Below are positions 1 through 12,691 of a DNA stretch of 64,000 bases, in pieces; the stretch's first letter is position 1, and each line of letters begins with the position of its first letter. The notes beneath the pieces are model-generated. The model did no database searches. It saw only the letters and a program-made list of their open reading frames with translations, and was not told where the DNA came from. The stretch spans positions 15,748,001-15,812,000 of the forward strand of contig NC_043009.1 of NCBI RefSeq assembly GCF_006345805.1, read 5' to 3'. The stretch comes from Octopus sinensis. Lineage: Eukaryota. Both the position numbers and the translations under genes were made by a program.

Positions 1-11
1 GAACGCCCCTC

Positions 12-65
<54 letters not shown>

Positions 66-67
<2 letters not shown>

Positions 68-2573
68 GTTGTTTGTCTTGTGCTCTGTTTTTCCGTTGTT
101 AAAAAAGTCCGTTTTCATGTTTTTATGTTTTCGTTTCTCGTTGAGTTCTACGTTTATTTGTGGTGTCCTCTCCTGTAAGGAATTCCAGACGCGAGTTGAT
201 GTCCACAGCTTTGTGCGCCGTGTCCGGTTGGGTGCGCATTACCACGACTCACCACCCACACCCAACGAAGAGGACTGCTTCACTGGCCTGGGCCGCCGAC
301 CATCCCTGTGGACGCCTGCCCCTGGCCAGATCCTAGCAGTGGATCTTTTCGCGGGCGCTTGTCAGCGTGCATTGGAGCGGTTCAACTTCTCCAGGCGCCA
401 ACACCACCTCAACATCTCCCCGGCTGAGCTCTTGGCTCTTCGTTCCCTCCAACGGCGCGCTGACATTATCATCAAACCGGCTGACAAGGGTGGAGCTGTA
501 GTGGTGTGGCGCGCGGACCTCTATAGGGCCGAGGCTTTCCGCCAACTCAATGACACCTCCTTCTATTCCCCTCTGCCCTCTTACCCCACAAGTAGCTACC
601 AACAGACGGTATCCTCTACTGTCCGCGACCTCATCTCGTCCTCCCGTCTCCCCCGCACCGCATCCAACCTAATTGTGCGAACCCCACGTACCCCCACCAT
701 TTACTTCCTCCCCCAAATCCACAAACCCAACAACCCTGGCCGCCCCATCGTCTCCGCCTGTAACTGCCCCACGGAGCTCATTTCTAAATACCTCGACGGT
801 GTCCTTGCCCCCCTAGTGGCATCTCTTCCCTCCCACATCCACGATACCAACCATGCTCTCCGGCTTTTCAACTCTTTCTCCTTTCCTCCCGGCTCCTCCA
901 AAATCCTTTTTACTATGGACATCCAAAGCCTCTATACTGTTATCCCTCACCACGAAGGACTGCAGGCCCTTCGACACTTTCTTGACCTCCGCTCTAACCC
1001 TGTACCTGACACCTCCACACTCATTCGTCTGGCCGAACTTGTCCTTACTCTGAACTGCTTCTCGTTCGCGGGCGAGTTCTACCATCAGGTCTCGGGAGTG
1101 GCCATGGAAACGCGAATAGGCCCCAACTATGCGAACCTATTCGTTGGCTATGTTGAGGCCCAAATATTCTCTAATTTCACTGGTCCCACTCCTGAACTAT
1201 ATGGTTGTTACATTGACGACATTATCGGTGCCACCTCACTCTCCCGTGAACATCTAGATTCCTTCCTCTCTTTCATCCAATCTTTCCATCCAGCCCTCCA
1301 CTTCACTTCCACTATCTCCAACACCTCTGTCTCCTTCCTCAACATTTCGGTTAGCATTCTTCACTCCACTCTTACCAACTCCATTCACTACAAACACACA
1401 GACTCACACTCATACCTCAACTTCTCTTCCTCCCACCCAGAACACACCAAGCTTTCCATCCCCTATTCCCAATTCCTCCGTCTACGTAGGCTCTGTAGTG
1501 ACGACCATGACTTTGAGACTCAGTCTCAACGTATGGCTCACCACTTCACCCTACGTGGATACCCCCTCACCACTATCCACACCGCCCTTGCCAGAGCACG
1601 GTCCGTGGACCGTGTATCTGCTCTCTCTCCCCGAACCCGCCCTGTAGTCTCCCGCCTCCCTTTTCCCCTCACTTACCACCCCACGACCCTACGTCTCCAA
1701 CGCACCATTCTTCAAGCTTTCCGTCATCTCCAGTCCGACCCGTCCACTTCACACCTCTTCCCTAACCGACCCCTCCCCTCTTTCAAACGAGCCCACAACC
1801 TTCGAGACCTTTTGGTCCATAGCTCCTTCCCTGACCCTACCTCTCAACCCGGCTCGTTCCCCTGCTCCCGCCCACGTTGCCGCACTTGCCCTTACCTCTC
1901 CAACACCACCCTCCTCACTAGCACCCACCATCGACCCTATCCCATCATCCACTCCTTCACCTGCACCTCCAGCAATATTATCTATTGCGTCTCTTGCTCT
2001 CTCTGCCATTCCTTGTACATCGGACAAATGGGACGCCGCTTCGCTGACCGGTTCGCGGAACACCTTCGTGACATCCACCTTGCGAACGACACACCGGTCT
2101 CACGCCATTTCCGCTCCACCGGTCACTCCTTGCAACACCTATCTGTGTTCGGTTTGTCTTTACACAGAGGCCATCCGGATTCCCGTTTGCGCCGTGAACA
2201 GGAATTAATCTTCTCTCTTCGCTCTTATACGCCATTTGGTCTCAACTCTCCCCCCTCCTCATCTAACCCCCTCCCCCCTCCTCACCTATCCTTCCCCCCG
2301 ACCCCTATTTCTTCAGTCCTTCATCCTTTCACCCCTACTCCCTTCCCTCTTCCCTCTTTCTCCCTCCCTCCTTCCCTCTTCCCTTCCTCTGCTCCCTCAC
2401 TCCCCTTCTCTCTCCCCCTCTCCCTCTTTCCTTCCTTCCCCCCTCCTCCTCCCATTCCTTCTCCCCCTCCTCTATCCCCCTCCTCTCCTCCTCCCCCTCT
2501 TCTTCCCCTCCCATTCTCCTCCCCCTCTTCTCCTCACTACACCACACGACTTTACACATCACATCATATATGA
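66..2573 (+). CDS. Penelope-like reverse transcriptase plus GIY-YIG endonuclease; the homologous part is ~169-2250, and the N-terminal ~35 aa and Pro-rich C-terminus are probably read-through
   Basis: Motifs IIKPADKGGAVVVW, LPQIHK..PGRPIVS, MDIQSLYT, YIDD (1209-1220), SSHP..K.SIPYSQFLRLRRLCS, Cys linker CSRPRCRTC, NIIYCVSCSLC..YIGQ.GRRFADRFAEH, VSRHF..GH, PFGLN. Confidence 0.9.
2243..2535 (+). repeat. Polypyrimidine (C/T) low-complexity tract
   Basis: ~290 bp made almost entirely of C and T. Confidence 0.9.
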
Positions 2574-2577
2574 TGTG

Positions 2578-2810
2578 CCATACTAATACATACACCAACT
2601 AATATATACTAATACGTACTAATACATACTAATACATACTAATACATACACCAACCCCATACATACGCACGTCCAGACCTATCCTACGCACTAATACTCT
2701 CTCATACACACACACACACCACACACCACACCCTTATACATACTAATACATACTAATACATACACCAACCCTATACATACACACGTCCGACCTCTCCTAC
2801 GCACTAATAG
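2578..2810 (+). repeat. CATACTAATA decamer repeats and a ~70-bp direct duplication in the Penelope 3' UTR
   Basis: The block catactaatacatactaatacatacaccaacc...cctacgcactaata occurs near 2625 and again near 2740. Confidence 0.8.
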
Positions 2811-2979
2811 CTGGTCATTCAACCCTATTATCAACCCTATTATCTCCCCTTATTTCGCTCTCGCGTCTCATGTTTGATCTTTGACCTCTGGCCGAAATCA
2901 GATCGCCATGTTGATTCGTTAGTTACTGCACGCATTTTTTTTCTCTCCTTCTTTCTGTGTTTTTTTTTCTCTCTGTGTA

Positions 2980-3015
2980 TCTTCTGTTGAAGAGCGTAGG
3001 CTCGAAACGTTAAGA
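2980..3015 (+). ncRNA. Minimal type I hammerhead ribozyme in the Penelope pLTR (core variant CUGUUGA)
   Basis: TCTT-CTGTTGA-A-GAGC(GTAG)GCTC-GAAA-CG-TT-AAGA: stem I TCTT/AAGA, stem II GAGC/GCTC, palindromic stem III AACGTT, predicted cleavage after GUU (3011). Confidence 0.8.
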
Positions 3016-3117
3016 CTTGTTTTATTTATATTCCTGAGCGCCAGCGCCATACTAATACAATTGTTTGTTTGTTTTCCACCTGCCTTCGTCTTTTGTCTAT
3101 TTTCATAAAGCTTCCCG

Positions 3118-3118
<1 letters not shown>

Positions 3119-3200
<82 letters not shown>

Positions 3201-3202
3201 TA

Positions 3203-3255
<53 letters not shown>

Positions 3256-3315
3256 GTGTATGCATGTATATATACATGTAGATGTAGGTACGTATATATG
3301 TGTATGTATGCATAT
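3119..3315. repeat. (TA)n/(TG)n microsatellite
   Basis: Direct reading. Confidence 0.95.
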
Positions 3316-3391
3316 ATTTTATTTATTAAATTATTGTATGACTGACCGCCCTCGCGTCGTTTCGTTTCTTTTCTTTTCTCCAAGTAAGTTT

Positions 3392-3896
3392 TTTATATAT
3401 ATAATAAATGCCAAAACAAATTTCTGTGCGTCAAGCATGACGGTGATAGTAAGGGATGTGAAAGACAGTGGTGATGGTGGTGGAGGGGAAGGCTGCGAAG
3501 TCAAAGCTACTGATGTTGGTGATGTCAGAAATTGAATGGTGTGTGTATGGCAGTTGTGGTGGCGATGTTGGCGGTACTGGTGATGGTTGAAAACAATCAA
3601 CAGAAATAGAAAGAGAGAGAAAGATATTAGACGGAAAAAATATTGTACTCACCCCTCCCCCGAATGAGAAGCCAAGAAATGTTGTTTATTTTGCAGCTTT
3701 GCAATAAGTTCCAAGTCGACATATTATATCATTGTTTTGAAGAAAATTGTTCATTGCTTGAAAAATATTGGTCAAGTTTAATAAAATTTCATATGTTCCG
3801 AATGCATGAAGTGTCATTATTGGACTCAAGGCCCTATGAAAAGCCCTTCATGTGAGTTAGCTTAAAAGCCGCCCTATCGAGCAGCTTTTAAACTAG
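3392..3896 (+). mobile_element. Possible non-autonomous Helitron-like element
   Basis: Imperfect 3' hairpin AAAAGCCGCC..GCAGCTTTT followed by CTAG-T (3893-3897); TATATATAATAAA-type start near 3395; 5' end uncertain. Confidence 0.4.
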
Positions 3897-5150
3897 TATA
3901 CACACACACAAGCACATGTATATATAACATATTTGTTAACAAATGCAGAAGGCTTTGTAAGTTACGGAGAGAAAGCTACTATGGAAGGCTCATAGTATAA
4001 TAATAACTATAATAACATACCATAATAATATTCTACTAGTGGGACCCGTGAAAAATTCCCGGAAAATATAAAAATGTAAGCACCTATAAATTGTGTGCTG
4101 GTGCCATGAGAAATGGTGGCTAAGCTGGAGCAACGCCCTTTAGTCGAAGAAATCGACCACTTTCAGTTTCCGTGTACGAAATTCACACACGAGGCTTTGG
4201 TCGGCCCGAGGCTATAGTAGAAGACACTCTATAAAGTATTGAGTTAAATTTCGTGTAGCCACCTAATGGTAACTTTTATCCCATTTGGAAGGAGTATTAC
4301 TCCTTTTCTGGGGTCTTTTCACAGCTATACCGCGTTCGAAAGTCTTGTATAAAAAAATGTAAGGGAGGAGGGCTTGTTTGTAGTTTGTAGAGAAAACGTT
4401 AAACATGCCTGAAAAAAAACAATGGTCTTCAACCCTAACTAAAAGACATGAAGAACTATGAAAGAATGCGAATAAGTGCCGAGGGTGCGGGAAAGAAGAG
4501 AGAACTAACAATCGATCATTCTAGAACTCCCAAAGACTTTCTCTCTATACATTACTACATGCCTTTCTCTCTTCTTCACTGTTAAAAGTAAAGGAGGCGG
4601 AATCTCCATGAGAACTACTTTATACTATGCATGTTTGACACCCATAGTGACCATAACGACTAAAAAGAAATTCCTGTCACTATGTAGGATCTTTTTCCTT
4701 TTTCTCCCAGCCACTTGAAGGTTTATCTTGCTCCAGTCCACTCAGCTGACCAAAATGAACTGTAACTGTAATTCAAAGGGGCCACCCATGTCATATACTG
4801 TGTGAGACCGAGTCTTCCTGAAAACTACGTTAATGATATGCATGTCTGTGGAATACTCATCCACTTGCGTTAATTTTATCCTCGTGTGGTAATGAAAAGT
4901 GAAAGTGTCATCCAATATTTGCTGTGTCGATGTATCTATGTATCGACTTTTCGTTGTATCTATGTATCTACTGTCTCTCTCACTTTCTCCAACTTCTCTT
5001 TCACTTCCTCTGTGTCCCTCCTCTCTCCAGCTTTTAATTTAAGAATGTGTATATGTATCAACCTTTCTTTCGATCTATGTATCTACTTTTCTTGCAATGT
5101 GATAAACATTTTAAAAAGCAAAACGAAACCTGTCCCCACTCACTGTCTCT

Positions 5151-5196
<46 letters not shown>

Positions 5197-5452
5197 ATTC
5201 ATTTTCTCTTTCTCTCTTACTTTCTTTCTGTCCTCTCTCTTGTTTTGCCATTCGGTTCTTCTTGGAAGTAAGTGTGACACACACGCGAGGTAAGTACAGA
5301 AAAACAAATTGGCATGTTAATATTATTGATTCTCCAATTTATGGGTTCCATTCTGGCTGGAGTTAGCTCTTCATTTTTCAGTCATTTGTTTTCATTTATA
5401 AATTGTCGTTTCAAATCGGAGAATGAAATATTATTATGATGTTAATATACAG

Positions 5453-5492
<40 letters not shown>

Positions 5493-5494
<2 letters not shown>

Positions 5495-5690
5495 TCTTAC
5501 TCTTTTACTTGTTTCAGTCATTTGACTGTAAGCCTAGTACTTATTGTATCGGTCTTTTTTGCCGAACCGCTAACTTAAGGGGATGTAAACACACCACTGT
5601 CGGATGTCAAGCTATGTTGGAGGGATAAACACAGACACACAAACATACACACTCACACACAAATACACACACACACACACACACACACAT

Positions 5691-5727
<37 letters not shown>

Positions 5728-5907
5728 CATACATACATATATACGACGGGCTTCTTTTAGTTTCTGTCTACCAAATCCACTCACAAGTTTTGGGTCGGCC
5801 CGAGGCTATAGTAGAAGACACTTGCCTAAGGTGCCACGCAGTGGAACTGAACCCCGAACCTTGTGGTTTTTAAGCAAGCTACTTACTACACAGCCACTCC
5901 TGCGCCT
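5493..5907 (-). mobile_element. tRNA-derived SINE (family A)
   Basis: Reverse-complement match to the copy at 12692-13103, with A/B boxes, an internal microsatellite and a GAGTAAAA-type tail. Confidence 0.88.
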
Positions 5908-5989
5908 ATATGCATATATATATGTATGTGTGTGTGCGTGCGTGTATGTGTGTTTGTGTATGGAGGGAGAGAGAGAGAAAAGATCCATT

Positions 5990-7000
5990 CCAGAAGTCTT
6001 CAAAATTTTTTTGTGGAAAGACATTTTTTAATTCCAAAGAACTTCATAATTCTAATCACCTTCAAATTGGGATCCTTTAACAATGTAATTGTAGCTTCCC
6101 AGCCACTACATGAAGGCTCTTTGGAAGTCCATCAAATGAATGTGGCCAGGACACGTGTCACCTCTTCCATCCACTTCATGTCTTCAAAATTGATTACAAG
6201 GATGGAATTGTGGACCGGTACATTGTCCTGGTGCAGGTGCCATCGACACGAGTAGAAGTGATCTGGACTTTTCAGACGAAATCTCTTGCTGAACTACTTC
6301 AAAGCCTCAACAAATTAATTTTTGTTTATCTTTTGGTCAGAGGGAAATCAATGGATATAGATAATGCCAATGCGCTTTGCGATGGACTTGTTTTGCTTTG
6401 CCTTCTTGAGTCTCGGGAAGACAGGGTAATTCCATTTGGCACTCTGTATCTTTGTCTGTAGATGATAGCCGTACAACCTGCTTCCATCACAAATCAACGG
6501 AGACTCAAGTACTTTTAGATTGGTGGCAATGACCTCAACTATCTCTCTGCTGCCACTAACGCATTTTTTCTTCTCTTCATCAGTGAGCACCCCAGAAGCA
6601 ACCTTTGCACAAATGTTCCTTCTGGTCATATGTACATGGGTACGGTTCTCACATCAACTTTAAACTGAATGTTTATTCACTTTATAGACTCACAACAGTT
6701 TTCATCCATAAAGCTGATAATTCTCTCAACCATACCTCTCATTGTCTCTCACTTATTTTGTAACGTCTTTGGACATTTTGTACCAACAAAAAGCTGCTTC
6801 TCGGCTCATACAAGATCATGCATAAGCATTCTGGAGGATTTCTGTAGCGTTTCTGTCCTGGTTTAATACAAAACATTATTGTCTAACGAGCTTCACTTCC
6901 CGACTGCATTCTTCAAACTAGTTGGTTGTAACAAGTAGTGTTTAGAAAGGTGCGTCCACAGAGCTGTTATAGCCATCTGCTTCAATCAGGAAGTTAAAAA
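5990..7000 (-). mobile_element. Decayed mariner-type DNA transposon with an internal deletion
   Basis: Minus-strand peptides ICAKVASGVLTDEEKK, LICDGSRLYGYHLQTKIQSAKW..PRLKKAKQNKS and WHLHQDNVPVHNS; the YSPDLAP region is absent; ends are approximate. Confidence 0.8.
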
Positions 7001-7996
7001 GGCTGGTGGGTCAGCTTATTAGATGACAGTAATAATATACTAAAGCACAATAATCTGGGCAGTTAGAACTACAAGTCCCAAATAAAGTGTAAATACCCCT
7101 GGAATGCACTTCGTGTTTGTGTATATATACGTATACACCATTTGACTTCTTTCAGTCGATACGAAATGTAAAACACGAATAAACAAAGAAAATTTATTCA
7201 AACAAAAATACGGAGCACGATTGAATAAACTATAATGTACATCCACCAACTACTACTCACACAATAACAAATTCTGCCACTTGATATGTTGAATTTACGT
7301 AGCCAACTGTATCAAATATGACATCTCGCATGACGTTAACGTAAATTTTAATGGAGAACAAATGTTTATACCTGTATCATCTACTCAGCCACGCGTATAC
7401 TAAATATTCAAAGTGTCTATTTTTTTACTCCAAAAGTCAAATGCAGTGAAACATCATATGACTTTTTGGATTATTATTCTTGCTAGATTTATGTACAACT
7501 AATAAATTCCTAAAATTGTAAGCCTCCCGACTTAACTTTTGTTCACAGAATAACACAATTCAAACACTAATATGTTTAAACAAAAATATTAATGATTGAA
7601 ATACCATCAACAACCCACATAAACACTAACCCATTGGCAAATTAAAATATCTAGCACAATTTAATGACTACATACAAACAATTCCGGTCAACTCTACCAC
7701 TTGACACAATAGAGAGCATTGATTGTTCGGGGCAATCAATAGGAGACGTTTACTCAACCTTATCAGCCTTAATTTTCAGCGCCAAAAATATTGTCACATA
7801 TCAGTAACGGAGGGACGTAGAGGGATGCGTACAGAAGTTTCTAAGCCTAATAACTCGATGATCCTCGGCTAATAAGACAGTTTCAAATTTGAGACATGAT
7901 TGCTCCATAAAAACAAAGTAATTTTCGATCTGTCATAAACAAGACAATTGCGACATAGCCCTGCGTCTTTCTAACTCACTTAACGTTTGAAAATCG

Positions 7997-7997
<1 letters not shown>

Positions 7998-8053
<56 letters not shown>

Positions 8054-8066
8054 ATAGATGGATAGA
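7998..8066. repeat. (GATA)n microsatellite
   Basis: Direct reading. Confidence 0.95.
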
Positions 8067-8117
8067 TGGGTTAATGGATGGAATGATGGCTGGATACGTA
8101 CATATATACTTTTGTGC

Positions 8118-8332
8118 ATGCGTGTGTGTGCCTTTCTGTTTGTCCTCAGCAACACCGCATGATGACCGATTTTGAGTTTCTTTTAAGGTTCCGTAAATTA
8201 GTAGCTTGCCAAACATGAACGATAGAATATGTACCTGACTGTAAAAAATAGTACTGGGATCGAGTTTTTCGACTAAACCTTTGAAGGTGACGCTTCACCA
8301 TGGCCGCAGTTCAATGACTAAAACAAATAAAA
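8118..8332 (+). mobile_element. 3' half of SINE family A, diverged
   Basis: gatagaat..gtac, catggccgcagttcaatgactaaaacaaataaaa match the 3' end of the 12692 copy. Confidence 0.7.
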
Positions 8333-10649
8333 TATGGTAAAAGTTACCAAAGTCCTTAAAAATCATAAAAACAGTTTTTAAAGAATATGCTTTTACATCA
8401 TTAATAATATTCCTAACCAACAAATTCCAAAGAAAGCAAAGGGAAAAAATATTAGGCCGTTTTATACTCTCCGGAAGATGTTTTAAAATCTGTAATGAAC
8501 ACATATTAATCAATATCAGTTGTCCTGGAAGCATTTCTAAATTATTTATTTTAACACATTTACCGTTTAAGAAACGTGTACTTTTTGCACAATGGAGATT
8601 TTTTTTTTGTATGTAGGAGCATTTTGCATTAAAATTATAAATATTCTTTTCATGGATCAGTCTAATTCAAACAAGAACTAGTCTCGTATCTTCCCCAAGT
8701 CGTCTAAATCTCCAGACATCATAAGTGACACCATTGAATCATTCCAATGAATTCTAAATGAATGCTCTTAACAAATGAGTGTAATTTGTAGTTTTAAAGC
8801 TGCATGCCTTTCTCGCAGTGTTGTCTAAAATGCTGTTACATTCAGAAAAAAAAGCGTTATTAAAAATGTGGTCGACTCCTTTGGGTTTCGGATAAAGTGC
8901 TTTGCTGTATTTAGTTCCAGCGTTTTTCATTCTCAGTTCAAATTAGGGTAAGGTCAACTTTAATTTACGTCCCCCAAAGGTCAATAATTTTTTTTTTTTT
9001 AATCTAGTCAGGAACTGAGATCGTTTTAATCGACTAATAATGATTCTTTCCCAGCATCCCACAATGGTTATTAGAGTTTATGCGTTCAGCCACCATTACA
9101 TCTGTTTTAGAATTGTAGAAGGATGAAGTAGTTTATTGCTGGTTGCATATTAGAACAGCTTCACTAAGCGGCATGACATCAAAAAATGCAGCACACGCTC
9201 ATCGGAAGGTTTGATATTCTCTTTTTATGTGACAAAATAGCATCATTTTTTTTATTGTGCCTCTAAATAGGAAAATTGATTTTGAGCAGACTGTATTTGT
9301 CGAACAAGGTTTATTTGTACCTATAACTCAGTCTATGATATTGTTTCAAAAACTACCAGTGTTAGAGATATATTGAATTAGTTTCAATAGATAACACTAA
9401 TCTTGAAACAGTTTGACATCAAAAGAAACTGACATGCGCAATTGATATAAATATGACAACGGATAAAGAAGATACATTTCTGACCTTGATCTATTGTAAT
9501 ATATTTTCAGCACGATGACCTAATTGTCTGTACCATACTACATGGCAGCTACGTCTCATGTTATTAAATGACTTTATAAATACGAGAAAATCAGAAGATT
9601 TCTCAGCAGGAAACAGCCTCTGAAGAATAATACTGCGCAGTATAGTTTTATTCGTTTTCCTCAACTGCAGGAAATGAAGAACTACAAATATTCGCTTCTG
9701 ATTTGAAAGCATTCCAGAAAAATCTTTAGAAGATACTAAATTTGAATAGTAGGAAAGCAATTGATTTTTTTTTCTTTTTTCAAGAAAATACATCTGTTTA
9801 TTCCAAATAATACACTGTAATGTGTAGAAGTCTTCTGAAAATTAGTAAAGAAAAATGAAAAATTGTAGAAAGTAATGTCGTTTCACAAAACAATTGATAC
9901 TCGAACGTAATTGGAAAATGCAAGACAAAATGCCATAGAGTGAGGGAGAAAATACATTATATAATAGAGATGTTATTTAGTTCTTCTTTGGCAAGATTTT
10001 CAACTAATAACGTACTGCTTTTTAAAAATTTCCATAGGACGGATCTTTCATAAAACTTTGGCTTCACCTCGTGTATTCGGAGGATTTTTATATTTAACTT
10101 ATACAAATAAAACCAGCAGTGCATAGGTAAACGTCATACATGAACTGCTTTTGGTGCTTGTTCCATTCAATTTTCATTCCATTTACTTCTCTGGTAGAAT
10201 ATAACGATATCCTTCAGTAAGTTAGGATGGCAAATGGTCTCCGTAATAAGCTGGATAGACTTAGCCATGAAACTCTAAAGCATCATATTTAATAGTGTCC
10301 ATGAACCTTCTTTCCCTATCTAGGCATGTGTGTAATAACGTGCGTGGAATAAGCGCCCTGACACAAAACCTATCACGCTAATCCTCACACAAACGGAAGC
10401 TGAAACTTAATATATTTCATATAAATAATATTATGGAAAATAGTATTTTGTCCAAAATATCGCGTAAGACAATCGAATCGGGAGCTTATTAATTGCAAAG
10501 TGGACTATTTAACAACGTAAGCATGGCAGTTTTAATGTGTATGTATCTAAATGAGTGAGGTTTTGAACTGGGTTACTATGGATGGAATTTGGGATTTGAA
10601 ATCGTTCATGGTTACGAACGTAGCAATATATTGATTTCAAATTTTAGCA

Positions 10650-11226
10650 CAAGCTGAGCAAGTTCGGGGAGGAGTAAATCGACGATATTTGAATGATGAA
10701 AGGCAAAGTCGACCTCGGTAGGTCGACGAATATAACTTAGAACATATAGACGGACAGACTGTCGCAAACGGTTTGCTCGGCATGCTAACGTTCTGCCAGG
10801 TAAACGTCTTATAAAAATGCTACTAATATTAAAGTTAATTTCTTCACATTCTGAGTTCAAGTTCCACTGAGGTCGACTTAGACTTTCATTCTTTCGGAGT
10901 CGATTAAATAAGTACCAGTTGAAAACTGGGGTCGATGTAATCGGCTTATCTCCTTCCAGAAATTGCTGGCCTTGAGTCAAGTTTGGAAAACAGAATTAAG
11001 GCTAATTTTGGGGCAGTGAGCTGACAGAATCATCAGTACGCCGAGCAAAATGCTTAGTGGCACTTCATCAGTCCTTACATTATGAGTTCAAATTATGCCG
11101 TGGTTGACTTTCATCCTTTCGGGGGTGGGGATAAAATAAGTACCAGTTGAGTATTAGGGTTAATGTTATCGATTTAACCCTTCACCCAAAATTGCTGGCC
11201 TTGTGCCAAACTGTGAAATCAATATT
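10650..11226. mobile_element. Cluster of SINE family B (MetaSINE-like core) fragments in both orientations
   Basis: gagttcaaatt..gtcgacttt..tcatcctttcgggg..gataaaataagtaccagtt motifs; near-full plus-strand copy at 11012-11226. Confidence 0.8.
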
Positions 11227-12169
11227 AGTAGAGTAGGTATTAGCAGAAAGTCTACTTCTTCTATTAGTGATGTTCTTTCTTTAGTTGGAGAATATATACT
11301 CACCAACTGAAACTAACAGTTTCAGATATATTTATTGTATAAGCAAACAACCAGTTTCGATTTACATAGTTGCGAACTTTATTACTTCATCTTGTATGGG
11401 TATAATATTTGAAAAGGGAAACAAAGCCAAAAGATTGCAAAGTATGGTATGACATTTATAAATGGTACATTTACAAAATTATGTAAAAAAGAGTAAGTTC
11501 TATTGGCACTTAGACAGCCGTTGTACATAAGTATATTTATATGGTATTGTTGCAATAAGTAAAGGTGGAAGTTCGAGTAAATTATTACATTTTTCCTGAA
11601 AATGGTCCTAAACGAATAATATTCGAAATGATAAACCGTACTATATACTAGGATGCAATTAGACTTGGATACGATTCATAAATATATTAGGTATTAAAGT
11701 CAATCCAGTAATGAATAACAAATACCGTGCAGTTAATTAAGGAAATAATGTAAAGCTTGTTTGGGGTATAAACTGAATTTAAGTTGAGACATTATATCTC
11801 TCAAGTTGCAATCACATTATTAATCGAATTATATTAGTAAACGATCAAATTCAGATAGCAGTAGTTTTCAACGTTAGCAATGAACTCCATTGAAAATGCT
11901 GAAGAACCTTTAACAGTAATTTCCCATGTGAATACGTGTAAATATTAATACGGGTTAAACTATTTAGCAGTCGCTGCTTCTCTACAAGTGACTGGTTTGA
12001 CAAAATATAATGTTACAAGGCATAAAAAAAATACCCGCTCGTTTGTGCTTGTAATTACTTTCTTAGAATATCCATGCATTATTAATAGTTAATAGTATTC
12101 CACTGTAACTAGGTAAATAAAATCTTCGAACAGACGGTCAGTAGCGACACCTGCTGGTTCTGACTACGC

Positions 12170-12208
12170 TGCATTGATAAAGGGCAACAACCCTGAAACA
12201 TGCCTGCA
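12170..12208 (+). ncRNA. Decayed type I hammerhead motif in a probable solo Penelope pLTR
   Basis: TGCA-TTGATAA-AGGG(CAACAA)CCCT-GAAA-CATG-CC-TGCA; three transitions away from CTGATGA..GAAACATGTC, with stems I and II intact. Confidence 0.65.
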
Positions 12209-12691
12209 GATGTCTGACTAGCAAGGTGAAGCGGCTGACCTCCCCTGTTCGAAGGTTGTAATTGACGCAGGTTCGTGTGCCATATAGCTAGCTAGAGGCG
12301 ATGGCCTCTTGGAGCTAATCAGCAACAGCTTTAGTCTTATATTTATAGACTGCCATATTAGTATGGCGATAGCTATTAATATCCAGTAACGCTGCCGTAA
12401 TCTCCTTTAGAGAGACTTAGTAATTTTAATATTTCTACTATGCATTATAGTTTAAGATCAATGCAAGAATCGCGATCAGCTCCAGTGGAATCAAGTGCAT
12501 TGCCAAATTCTGCTCAAATTATATTCGTTTACATATAGTGATTTTATCTTTAGAAAAAGAAACGATTGGATCTTTAATATACAGAAAATAAACGTCGTTT
12601 AATTAAACGCGTTTTAATGTTGTGTTTCAGAAGCGATTTACCGTTTGAATAAAATATTTTATGAAAGATAGTAGTTTTGATGTTTTACATA

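Larger units (their letters stand above)
169..3118 (+). mobile_element. Penelope-like retroelement (Neptune-type), 5'-truncated, with 3' UTR/pLTR carrying a hammerhead motif, ending in (TA)n
   Basis: RT and GIY-YIG ORF, C-rich composition that starts abruptly near 169, then a pyrimidine tract, short repeats, an HHR at 2980-3015 and a (TA)n boundary at 3119. Confidence 0.92.

Noticed and set aside
2250-2573. Proline-rich extensin-like C-terminal domain
   Set aside because: It is read-through into the pyrimidine tract after the natural PxGLN end of the GIY-YIG domain.
9491-9793. 100-aa ORF, and similar ORFs at 59573-59854 and 63201-63443
   Set aside because: No domain motifs; the lengths are within chance expectation and no consistent exon phase could be built.
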